From Candidatus Poribacteria bacterium (GTDB taxonomy: Bacteria > Poribacteria > WGA-4E > WGA-3G), in NCBI GenBank assembly GCA_012270865.1, contig JAAXHL010000056.1, positions 26,292-90,291 of the forward strand: DNA of 64,000 nt. The letters run 5' to 3'. Both the position numbers and the translations under genes were made by a program. Shown piece after piece: positions 36,074-44,894 of the stretch (the stretch's first letter is position 1; the number at the start of each line of letters is the position of its first letter). A model generated the notes under the pieces. It searched no databases and was not told the DNA's origin. It was given only the letters and a program-made list of their open reading frames with translations.

Positions 36074-36134
36074 ATGCTAATATTTTAGCATTTAGGAAAA
36101 ATGATGTCAAGAAAAAATGCTAAAAATTTAGCAT
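36074..36134 (-). promoter_or_regulatory. promoter with two palindromic operators upstream of the blaI-like gene
   Basis: Dyads ATGCTAATATTTTAGCAT (36074-36091) and ATGCTAAAAATTTAGCAT (36117-36134). On the minus strand: TTGACA (36110-36105), 17 nt, TAAAAT (36087-36082). The -10 element lies inside dyad 1. Confidence 0.65.
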
Positions 36135-36340
36135 AAATCTTGAGATTGATTATATCTTCCAAAAAACTGGCGAAATTTGGTAAAAAAGGTGTTTGGGGAA
36201 GGATTGGAAGTGGTGTTTGCGTTGCTTGGAAGTGGGTTGGTTGATTTAAGGAGACTAAGGCTGTTACATTGTCCGAGATGGATAACGCAACAGCCTTAGA
36301 TAAAATGTGTGGTTAAAAACCGTGCTAACAGACAAAAACG

Positions 36341-37819
36341 CTATTCAAAAGCGCCGACCTTCGCTGCTTCAGGTGCGCGTGTCGGGAGTTCTTTCTTCGC
36401 TAATGTGTCTTCAGGCACGTAACCGGAGTAGTCAGAAATCTGACCGTGTGTCAACGCATACACCACGACGTTTGTCATGAAACGATAGACACCGGGTGAA
36501 TAGTGGACACTACGTGTCGGGAGACTGACAGATTCCATTGCGCACATGTAGTCGCGACGGACAACGATGACTGACAACTTGTCGCCGACGGAGATACCTT
36601 CGAGGTAGTTCCGTTTCGGTGGACGTGTGCCCCACCAGAAGATGTCGAATCCGACTGGGGGTCCGCCCATTTCATAGAAGTTGTCATAAACTTCGTGGTC
36701 GTTCTGAATCCGCTCAATCTGATACTCAGGCATGACGTAGCGCATCTGTGCGAGGAAGAGACGGATCATTGCCTGTGCGGGAGCGTTCACACCGCAGTCG
36801 TCAAAGACGAGGAATCCGCCTTTTTCGACGAGGTAGCGGCGCATACCGGCGGCTTCAGTCTCAGTGAGACGGCTATCCATCTTACCACCACCGTACTGCC
36901 GTCCGAGCAAGTTACGGGAACGGACGAGTGACGGATCGTGTCCTGTCATGAAGACGAAAGGCGTTTTGAAGAGGTTGGCATCGGTAAGTTTCAATGCGCC
37001 ACCTTCAACGTTCATGTCGGTTTTGATTTTGGTACGTTCGTTGAGCCACTTCGTCAATGCGTTGAGAGAAGAGGCATCCGCCCACCAGTCAGAGAGACTG
37101 TGACGAATCCGTGTGAAACGGAACACGCCGCGGATGTCTTTACCTTTACCGATAACACGTCCACCGGGTTCGCCTCTCGGCAGGGGTGGCACTTCAACGT
37201 TACCGAGTGTGATGTTCTCAACGACATCGCTAAGTGCGTCGCGTGCGGCACCGACGTTTTCGACCATTGCGAGTCCGGGTGGACGTTCAAAAGCGACTTT
37301 GACCTGTACTGCGGTACCAGCGACACCACGACCGATGTTAGCCGGTCCGGCGGAAGGCGCGTTTGCGACAGGTGCGGAGAACGCCAAGGCACCGGGAGCA
37401 TCCGATACTGGAAGGTCCGTATGTGTTACAACTGTCGGTATGGGTGCGTTCGGTGTAACGACCTTCGGCACGTTCGGGTTGATCGGCGCGTCAACTTTGA
37501 CTGTCTGATTAGAGAATTCGAGAACCGTCTGCGGTTGGAAGCTGGACTTCGCGACGAACGCTGTCGTTACACGGGGTTGTACTTGAACCTGTTCGACAAC
37601 AACGGTGTTCTGTGTCGGGACAGTCGGCTTGATAACCGGCTTGACGACGGGTTTCCGGACCTTCGGCTTCGGCGGCTCTTTGGCTTCGAGCACTTCGGCA
37701 CCAACGAGATCTTTGAACTGTTCGGTCTGCGTGACCAATACGAGTCCAGCAATAATAATGATGATCCCGTGAATTACCAACGAAGTCATGAAGGCACCAG
37801 AGGTTCTTTTTGCACTCAT
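36341..37819 (-). CDS. DUF4159 domain-containing membrane protein
   Basis: 492 aa. N-terminal TM, Pro/Val-rich linker, C-terminal PFVFMTGH...GGFLVFDDCG...NDHEVYDNFYE pattern of DUF4159. Confidence 0.8.
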   Translation of the reverse strand: MSAKRTSGAFMTSLVIHGIIIIIAGLVLVTQTEQFKDLVGAEVLEAKEPPKPKVRKPVVKPVIKPTVPTQNTVVVEQVQVQPRVTTAFVAKSSFQPQTVLEFSNQTVKVDAPINPNVPKVVTPNAPIPTVVTHTDLPVSDAPGALAFSAPVANAPSAGPANIGRGVAGTAVQVKVAFERPPGLAMVENVGAARDALSDVVENITLGNVEVPPLPRGEPGGRVIGKGKDIRGVFRFTRIRHSLSDWWADASSLNALTKWLNERTKIKTDMNVEGGALKLTDANLFKTPFVFMTGHDPSLVRSRNLLGRQYGGGKMDSRLTETEAAGMRRYLVEKGGFLVFDDCGVNAPAQAMIRLFLAQMRYVMPEYQIERIQNDHEVYDNFYEMGGPPVGFDIFWWGTRPPKRNYLEGISVGDKLSVIVVRRDYMCAMESVSLPTRSVHYSPGVYRFMTNVVVYALTHGQISDYSGYVPEDTLAKKELPTRAPEAAKVGAFE

Positions 37820-38047
37820 TCTTTATTACCTCCAAGGGGTATAGGTTTGCGTATCCTGCGAAAAATCGAAAATAAAGATTGTTGATGCAGAGATGTATGC
37901 AATTTTCATGCCAATACAAAAAACGGTGAATTTGCGGGTAATCTCTGCATCCAAAGGGTTAAGCTGCACAAAATGGGGCAGCTGACGTTCTAAGTTGCAC
38001 AAAACAGGGCAGTTTTCGGCGAAGTTCGTGAACCGATAACGGTCAAT

Positions 38048-38716
38048 TTACGGTGCCAAATCTTCCGTATCACCCGAAGATTTCGCAAAGAATTTTTCAA
38101 TGCGTGGTTTCGCTGTGTTATCCAAACCAAAGATAGTAATATTTTGCTGCGTAATGCTGTCAAGTTGATTAATCACCCATTCGTCTTTCTTTTTTAACAG
38201 ATAGATATGGGTTTCACCTGGGAAACTACCTTTATAACAGTTGTACCCAAGCGCGCAGGCTTCGAGTGAACTGCCTTTGTAGCGGACCCAAACTTTCGAT
38301 AGAGTGGAGTTCTGGCCCCATTTGTTACCTTTGGTGCCGATACCATTCCACAAGCCTAAGATATTAATTTTGATATTGTGCCAACCTGTGGCGACGGGTA
38401 CAGGTTCGTTTCCGGCAAAGATAGTGCCAAATTCAACGTTCCCGGTATCAAAGGTATCCTGAACGGCTCCGATATCGAAGTCGTTAAAGGCGTTATAAAA
38501 TTCAGTGTATTTCGCTTGAATCGCCTTCTTTTCGGCTTCAAAGTCAATAGGGGGTCTTGAGGCAACAACGGGTTCAGTGTCAGTACTCCCCGTTGAGGTA
38601 CTCTCGGTTGATTCTTCAGTGGTTTCTTCTTCGTCAGCACCACAACCTACAATACCGATACTCACAATACCGACTGCGAAAAGAAAAAGCACAAGCCACG
38701 TTAATCTCGATTGCAT
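38048..38716 (-). CDS. hypothetical lipoprotein (NTF2/SnoaL-like?)
   Basis: 222 aa. Lipobox IVGC followed by an E/T/S-rich linker. Confidence 0.65.
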   Translation of the reverse strand: MQSRLTWLVLFLFAVGIVSIGIVGCGADEEETTEESTESTSTGSTDTEPVVASRPPIDFEAEKKAIQAKYTEFYNAFNDFDIGAVQDTFDTGNVEFGTIFAGNEPVPVATGWHNIKINILGLWNGIGTKGNKWGQNSTLSKVWVRYKGSSLEACALGYNCYKGSFPGETHIYLLKKKDEWVINQLDSITQQNITIFGLDNTAKPRIEKFFAKSSGDTEDLAP

Positions 38717-38943
38717 TTTTTTTAAATTCCTCCTTTAGGTTCATCGCGTAGCCTACAAACCGATGTTGCAAGCCTATAGCATCCAAAATCACACACTACT
38801 TTCCAAACTTTGTTGTAGTCCTTTTTTAATACGTACAATAGGTAGAGGAAAATCAATCACCGTGTCGGTAAAAACATATTCATTATGGATGCTGTTTAAA
38901 ATAAAGTATAACTTTTTTTCAAAAATGTGTCAAGTTAATTTAT

Positions 38944-40128
38944 TTACATTGATACATCTTTTATTTCACTGTCTGCTGATGGCAAATAATCGGCAGATTC
39001 GAGTGTCTGGATTACATCAGCAACTTCGATTTTAGACATACATCCATTTTCTCCGAATCGACAGGCTGTTTCCGGGCAAGGTGGACAATCTGTTTTGCGC
39101 CGAATTGTCTGACACATCGCACCCACGGGTCTAAAACGGGTTGGGTTCCCCGGTCCGTAGAGTCCTATTGTTGGCGTGCCTACCGCTGCAGCGAGATGCA
39201 TCGGACCGCTATCGTTGCCGATAAACACATTACTTATATGCAAGATTGATGCCAATTGGGTGAGGGTTGTTTTACCGGCGATATTTTCTGTCTCTGCCCG
39301 CATCAACCCTTGAATTTCGGTGATTATCGGGATTTCGTCTTCTACACCGACAAATAGGATTTGTGCACGCTTTCGTGCAATCAGCCAATCTGCGAACTCT
39401 GCATACCGCTCAGGTACCCACCTTTTGATTGGCACCGGGGAGCCCGGATGGATAGCAATCACCGGACGCTCTCTGTTAATATGAAGCGAACCCAAGAAAT
39501 CAGATGCCCATTTTTCATCTTCTCTTGTCACGGAGAAGGTGGTGGTCTGTATCGGTGTCGGGATCCCTGCTTTGTGTAAGACATCAAGGTTTCGCGTCGT
39601 TTCGTGTATGCCTGTAAATTGTGGCGCGCCGAATTTGTTTGCAACTTGCAGTGCGGCTCGGTCGAGACGTTTCGGTGTAACCCGCAGCAGCGCGAAGCAG
39701 ACGGTTCGCCAATCGCTTCGGAGTGCCACCAACAAGTCGTACTTCTGATGACGCAACTGCTTGTAGAGTCGAAACGTCTCTCTTAGTGATGTCGGTGATC
39801 CTGTCCGGCAAAAAACGGGTGAATTGTATGTCAGGACCTTATTGACATCGGGGTGTCCCTCTAAAACGACGCGGCTCCATGTGCCGGTCAATGCGTGCAG
39901 CTCGGCATCCGGGTACGCTTGACGTAGATTTGAAAACACCGGTGTCGCTAACAAGACATCACCGAGATGGTCGAGCTTGATAACGAGAACCCGTTTCGGT
40001 CTGAAATCCTTCGGCAAAGGTGTCCGATAAAAGAACCACTGTACGGCAGCGGAAGCGATTAAAGTGAGAGTTTCGGATATGTTCTGAAACATCTCTTTCA
40101 GTTTAGCCGACGCACGGCAATTTGTCAA
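38944..40128 (-). CDS. glycosyltransferase family 9 (heptosyltransferase-like)
   Basis: RVLVIKLDHLGDVLLATPVFSNLRQAYPDAELHALT and GNDSGPMHLAAAVGTP motifs. The start may be the ATG at 40092. Confidence 0.85.
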   Translation of the reverse strand: MTNCRASAKLKEMFQNISETLTLIASAAVQWFFYRTPLPKDFRPKRVLVIKLDHLGDVLLATPVFSNLRQAYPDAELHALTGTWSRVVLEGHPDVNKVLTYNSPVFCRTGSPTSLRETFRLYKQLRHQKYDLLVALRSDWRTVCFALLRVTPKRLDRAALQVANKFGAPQFTGIHETTRNLDVLHKAGIPTPIQTTTFSVTREDEKWASDFLGSLHINRERPVIAIHPGSPVPIKRWVPERYAEFADWLIARKRAQILFVGVEDEIPIITEIQGLMRAETENIAGKTTLTQLASILHISNVFIGNDSGPMHLAAAVGTPTIGLYGPGNPTRFRPVGAMCQTIRRKTDCPPCPETACRFGENGCMSKIEVADVIQTLESADYLPSADSEIKDVSM

Positions 40129-40228
40129 GAAGTGTTCTGTTCCGCGCAGAGGTATTCAGTTGTCAATCAAAATCCCGTAGATTGGATTGAACGGGAACTT
40201 TCCTGTTAACGACAGATTCCAAACGCAT

Positions 40229-40258
40229 TTGCATTCAGCAGATGGGTTCTGCTATACT
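40229..40258 (+). promoter_or_regulatory. sigma70-type promoter
   Basis: TTGCAT, 18 nt, TATACT, 40 nt upstream of the ATG at 40299. Confidence 0.45.
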
Positions 40259-40298
40259 ATTTCCAATCGCTTCTACCTTTTAAACATAGATTGGACTT

Positions 40299-42863
40299 AT
40301 GCAATTTATCAAACACTTCTCAGAAATTGATGAAACAGACCTACCTCACGTCGGTGGGAAGGGGTTGAATCTCGGAAAACTGACGAGAGCGGAATTTCGC
40401 GTGCCACAAGGATTTTGTGTCACCACAGATGCTTATAGGTTTTCTGTCCAGAATCTATCAGAACAGAACGCGGATGCTATTAAAGCACTTGTGCTGACAC
40501 CTGAACTCATCACGGAAATCCGAGCAGCACACGAGAAATTGCAAACAGCCACAGTCGCAGTCCGTTCGAGTGCAACGGCAGAAGATTTAGCGGAAGCGAG
40601 TTTTGCGGGACAACAAGACACCTTTTTGAATGTAACGTCTGATGGACTTTTAGATGCGCTGAAAGCGTGCTGGGCATCGCTCTGGTCGGAACGGGCTATC
40701 GCCTATAGAGAGACACAAGGCATCTCCGATGAAGGATTGGCGATGGCAGTTGTAATCCAAGAGATGTGTGAGGCGGATGTCTCCGGTGTGCTTTTTACAG
40801 TGAGTCCTCTTCGGGCGGATGTCGCGATTATTGAGTCGAATTGGGGATTAGGCGAATCGGTTGTTTCTGGTGCAATCACGCCTGATAGTTTCTACGTATC
40901 GCGAGAGACAAGCGAGGTCTTAGAAAAGAACATCGCTACAAAGCGCGAGATGGTAACCGATGCGGGTGTCCGTCAAGTGCCAGATGGGCAGCAGGATGTC
41001 CCAAGTCTGACAGACGCTCAACTACAGGAGCTCACGCAACTCGGCATGCGGGTTGAAGCCTTTTACGGGCAACCGATGGACATTGAGTGGGCACGCTCGG
41101 ATAAGCAGTTTGTATTGTTACAGGCACGCCATATTACCACACCCACCGGTTCTAACACATCTTCCACGTCTGTGCCTCCTACCTCTGAAAGTGATAAAGA
41201 TTCCATTGAAAAGCTGCGTGAAGAAGAAATTCAGGTGTTGGAGACGCTCGCCGAAGCGGACGGAACCGTCTGGTGTCATTACAACCTCGCTGAGGTGCTA
41301 CCTGCGCCACTGCCGATGACGTGGGCGATTATCAAGGATTTTATGTCGGGTGCCGGTGGGTTAGGACAAGCGTATCGCGGTTTGGGGTTCCATCCGAGTG
41401 AAAATGTGGATAGCAACGGTATCCTTGATCTGATTTGTGGACGTGTCTATGTTAATTTGAACCGTGAGGCGGAACTCTATTTCGACGGTTTCCCGTTCGC
41501 ACACGATTTCAACGCCTTGAAACAGAACCCACAGCAGGCGATGTACGCACAAGCAGAAACCGACATTAAACGTAGCACCGCATCGTTTTGGTTGAAACTA
41601 CCACGCCATATTATTCGTATGAGCAAAGCAGAGATGCGACTACGACGCATGCGATCGGACTTTGATCGGTTGCTAACAGAAGAGGTATTCCCGACGTTTC
41701 AGGCAGAAACTAAAGCGGAACGTGATCTCTCGTACACCGACCTATCGGATCCAGAATTGGTGTCGAAATTTCAGACGTGGCGTGCCAAAACATTGGACGA
41801 TTTCGCACCGAAGGCACTCACGGCTACACTGCTCGCCGGTTTTTCACTTCAACGGTTAACGGCAGCACTCCAGAAATGTACGAATGAGACAGAGGCAAAT
41901 GTGCTTGCGAGTCAACTTATTAGCGGTTTGTCGGGTAATCTTACCGTCGAAACCAACGAGAAACTATCGCAGGTCGCAACCGGAGATTTGGCACTTACCG
42001 ATTTCCTGATAGACTACGGACATCGTGCCGTCGGCGAATTTGAATTGGCAGAACCGAGGTGGCGTGAAGATACGACCTACCTCGAACAGGTCATCGCATC
42101 GCTTCAACACAGTACCTCTGAGGCAGATGACCCAAAACATTTTGCGAAACAGGTAGAACTCCGTGCGTCCGCAGAACAGCAGCTCAGCGAACTTCTCGGA
42201 AACAAAGCCAGTTTACGGAAACAGATTGAAAGTGAACTCGATTTCACGAGACGTTACATGCCTTTCCGAGAGACCGCAAAATTTTACTTGATGCTCGGTT
42301 ATGAACAGATTCGACGTGCCTTACTTGAATTGGACAACCGTTATGAACTTGAGGGTGGCATTTTCTATCTGGTACCGGATGAATTAGAACAACTGATTGC
42401 TGGTGAAGATGTCGGTGATACTATCGCCACGCGCAGGACTGAGCGGGAACTGATGTTACAAATTGAACTGCCGGATGTCATTTTCAGTGATTCATTGACG
42501 CAGATCGGTGCCCCGGTGTCAACTGAGGTAGCAGAGACGTACAGTGGGGTCGGTGTTTCCGCTGGGATTGCACAGGGAAAAGCGTGTGTGCTACTCACCC
42601 CGTCGGAGGTGCGTCCATCAGATCGCGGTTATATTCTGGTGTGTCCATCAACGGATCCGGCATGGACACCACTTTTTTTGCACGCAGCGGGACTCGTGAT
42701 GGAGCGTGGCGGTATCCTATCGCACGGCGCGGTTGTCGCACGCGAGTACGGTGTCCCCGCCGTCGCTAATATTCCGAACGCCACTCGACTTATCGCTGAC
42801 GGACAGATACTGCAGATTGATGGGAATCAGGGAGTCGTCTCGATTGGCAGTGATGCCCCGTAG
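40299..42863 (+). CDS. PEP-utilising enzyme family protein (PpsA/rifampicin-phosphotransferase-like architecture)
   Basis: 854 aa. N-terminal ATP-grasp VGGKGLNLGKL, C-terminal swivel domain GGILSHGAVVAREYGVPAV. Confidence 0.85.
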   Translation: MQFIKHFSEIDETDLPHVGGKGLNLGKLTRAEFRVPQGFCVTTDAYRFSVQNLSEQNADAIKALVLTPELITEIRAAHEKLQTATVAVRSSATAEDLAEASFAGQQDTFLNVTSDGLLDALKACWASLWSERAIAYRETQGISDEGLAMAVVIQEMCEADVSGVLFTVSPLRADVAIIESNWGLGESVVSGAITPDSFYVSRETSEVLEKNIATKREMVTDAGVRQVPDGQQDVPSLTDAQLQELTQLGMRVEAFYGQPMDIEWARSDKQFVLLQARHITTPTGSNTSSTSVPPTSESDKDSIEKLREEEIQVLETLAEADGTVWCHYNLAEVLPAPLPMTWAIIKDFMSGAGGLGQAYRGLGFHPSENVDSNGILDLICGRVYVNLNREAELYFDGFPFAHDFNALKQNPQQAMYAQAETDIKRSTASFWLKLPRHIIRMSKAEMRLRRMRSDFDRLLTEEVFPTFQAETKAERDLSYTDLSDPELVSKFQTWRAKTLDDFAPKALTATLLAGFSLQRLTAALQKCTNETEANVLASQLISGLSGNLTVETNEKLSQVATGDLALTDFLIDYGHRAVGEFELAEPRWREDTTYLEQVIASLQHSTSEADDPKHFAKQVELRASAEQQLSELLGNKASLRKQIESELDFTRRYMPFRETAKFYLMLGYEQIRRALLELDNRYELEGGIFYLVPDELEQLIAGEDVGDTIATRRTERELMLQIELPDVIFSDSLTQIGAPVSTEVAETYSGVGVSAGIAQGKACVLLTPSEVRPSDRGYILVCPSTDPAWTPLFLHAAGLVMERGGILSHGAVVAREYGVPAVANIPNATRLIADGQILQIDGNQGVVSIGSDAP

Positions 42864-42877
42864 TGAGGTGAACGCAG

Positions 42878-43957
42878 ATGTTACTCGATGTCTATTCATA
42901 TAAACAATCTCAAAAACGCAGGAAAACTCGAAACGCATTTTTTGTATCCTTAGTTCTGCACACTATCGCTATCGGAATTATGAGTTTCAGTTACATCCAC
43001 TGGTATCGTCCGATGTTGCCTTCGGAGCCACTCGTGTCGGAAGCGATTTCAGTGACGGATTTTCAACGTTTCCATGTCAGCAGTACCCGCAAACGTTCGA
43101 TGCCAGCGCAGCGTTCTACGCCTGTGCCTACGGAAAATTCGCCTGCTACGAATCAGAACGTTGCGAAACTACAACATTCGGCGCCGCCAACGCTGTCCAG
43201 TGCGTCGGTTCCGGTGTTAAGAACAGATGCCCGACTCCCGATGGCAGAGACCACACTCCGTGAACAGAGGATAGAAAAACCGGCATGGAAAACGATCGCG
43301 ACAGCACAGGCACAAGCCCCTACAATCGCACCGAAACCGAAAACCGTCGAAGGAGAAACTGCGTTAGACGAAACCGCAGCGAATCAGGGACCCGCAGCAC
43401 CTATCGACAGAGACGCACGGATGGGAGAGGCACTCGAAGGCATCGCGGAGAGCATCGCCGATAGTGAAACCGATGAAGCAGTTGACCTCGTTTTTCTGCT
43501 TGACATTAGTGGGAGTATGATAGATAATATCCGTGCAGTCGGTAGACAGTTGAATCGAATGGTAACGGTATTTCAAGAGAAAGGTATTGACTTCACGCTC
43601 GGCATCATTATTTTCAGGTATCTTGAGAGTGACACAATTATCCATCCGCAAACGCGAGATACCGAAAAATTCAAACGGTTGCTAACGACGCATGTTGTTG
43701 CTGGTATGGGTGATGAACGGGCACACAATGCGATTATAAAAACGATTCGTCGCGTCGATTTCCGTGAAGACGTGAACCGTCGATTCGTACTTGTTACCGA
43801 TGAAGGTACTAAAGGTTCTTACACGCTATCAGACGTATTAAAGCAGTGCTTTCAGAACAACATCACTATAGATGTTATCGGCATTAATAATTGGACGCAT
43901 CAAGCGTTAACAACGAAAACCGGAGGACTCTGGTACCCCATCCCAATACAAGAATAG
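42878..43957 (+). CDS. membrane-anchored von Willebrand factor A domain protein
   Basis: 359 aa. One TM, then MIDAS DLVFLLDISGSM. Confidence 0.8.
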   Translation: MLLDVYSYKQSQKRRKTRNAFFVSLVLHTIAIGIMSFSYIHWYRPMLPSEPLVSEAISVTDFQRFHVSSTRKRSMPAQRSTPVPTENSPATNQNVAKLQHSAPPTLSSASVPVLRTDARLPMAETTLREQRIEKPAWKTIATAQAQAPTIAPKPKTVEGETALDETAANQGPAAPIDRDARMGEALEGIAESIADSETDEAVDLVFLLDISGSMIDNIRAVGRQLNRMVTVFQEKGIDFTLGIIIFRYLESDTIIHPQTRDTEKFKRLLTTHVVAGMGDERAHNAIIKTIRRVDFREDVNRRFVLVTDEGTKGSYTLSDVLKQCFQNNITIDVIGINNWTHQALTTKTGGLWYPIPIQE

Positions 43958-44013
43958 TTTTCAGTTTCCAGTTTTCAGTTTTCAGTTAAGAGGTTTACTT
44001 TTAACGGAAACTT

Positions 44014-44127
44014 AGCCCGTAACGAAGTGGAGGGCGGGTATACGGAAAAGCACTTCAAACTTCCAACCCGCCTAAACGAACCGCAAGGAACATTAAAAAA
44101 AACGAACCGCAAGGGAAAATTAAAAAT
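44014..44127 (+). repeat. start-proximal leader repeat, copy B (distal half duplicated)
   Basis: agcccgtaacgaagtggagggcgggtatacggaaaagcacttcaaacttccaacccgcctaaacgaaccgcaaggaacattaaaa..., ending directly at the ATG at 44128. Confidence 0.75.
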
Positions 44128-44892
44128 ATGAAATGGTCATTGAATACTTATCAGACCTGCCAAGAATGGGAATTAGGAAAGATACTTGACACCGCCGAAG
44201 CGACCGGCTATCACGGTGTCGAATTGTTAATGGACTACAAGCAGCAACATGGATTCGAGTGGGATACGCCAAGAGAGGCGTGGGACGGCTTGAAAGCAGA
44301 AGTCGATGCGAGTGGCGTTGTCATCTCCTCGCTTACGAGTTGCCAAAATTTCCATTCCGAGAACGCCGCCGAGCGCGAGGAGACCGTCCGCCGTGTTTCG
44401 CGCGTTATTGACATGGCGGAATTTATGGGATGCGATCATGTTCGCGTGCTCGGGGACCGGTATTCGGAAGATAATCGCGATGCAGTCGTCGGGTACGTCA
44501 CAGACGGATTGAAGGCTCTCGGCACTTATGCCGGTGAGAAAGATATTACCGTCTCTATCGAGATGCACGGCTCTTTCACGGATCCCGATTCGGCGATGGA
44601 AGTGATTGAAGGTGTGAATCTCGGAAACGTCGGTTTCGTTTTCAATTCACAATTTGTAGGATGCGATGCTGGCAGTATTGAACCGCTCTTTTCGCGCGTC
44701 GCTCCGCACATTACCGCAGTGCATACGCACCGGATTGAAGAACCGGCAACGTTTGAACTCTACCGACAGATGTTCCAATGGCTCGATCGCATCGGTTTCT
44801 CAGGCTACATCTCCAACGAATGCGCTTATACGGGACCTGACCCTGAAAAGGTGCTTGCCCTCTACGTCGGACTTTTCAAAGCGTTTGTGTAA
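44128..44892 (+). CDS. sugar phosphate isomerase/epimerase (xylose-isomerase-like TIM barrel)
   Basis: 254 aa. GYHGVELL, HVRVLG and SIEMHG motifs. Confidence 0.8.
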   Translation: MKWSLNTYQTCQEWELGKILDTAEATGYHGVELLMDYKQQHGFEWDTPREAWDGLKAEVDASGVVISSLTSCQNFHSENAAEREETVRRVSRVIDMAEFMGCDHVRVLGDRYSEDNRDAVVGYVTDGLKALGTYAGEKDITVSIEMHGSFTDPDSAMEVIEGVNLGNVGFVFNSQFVGCDAGSIEPLFSRVAPHITAVHTHRIEEPATFELYRQMFQWLDRIGFSGYISNECAYTGPDPEKVLALYVGLFKAFV

Positions 44893-44894
44893 AG

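Noticed and set aside
36938-37885. A 315-aa plus-strand ORF, and neighbours 37113..37508 and 36864..37103.
   Set aside because: It lies entirely antisense to the well-supported DUF4159 gene. Its composition (Arg/Cys/Gly-rich) is typical of shadow ORFs in GC-biased coding DNA.
43958-43995. The CAGTTTT-type simple repeat (ttttcagtttccagttttcagttttcag) as a functional tandem array.
   Set aside because: It is short, low-complexity sequence. Similar word repeats (gtcagcggtcagtagtcagc at 14404-14423 and at about 47640-47685) look like the same intergenic filler, and there is nothing further to support a specific function.
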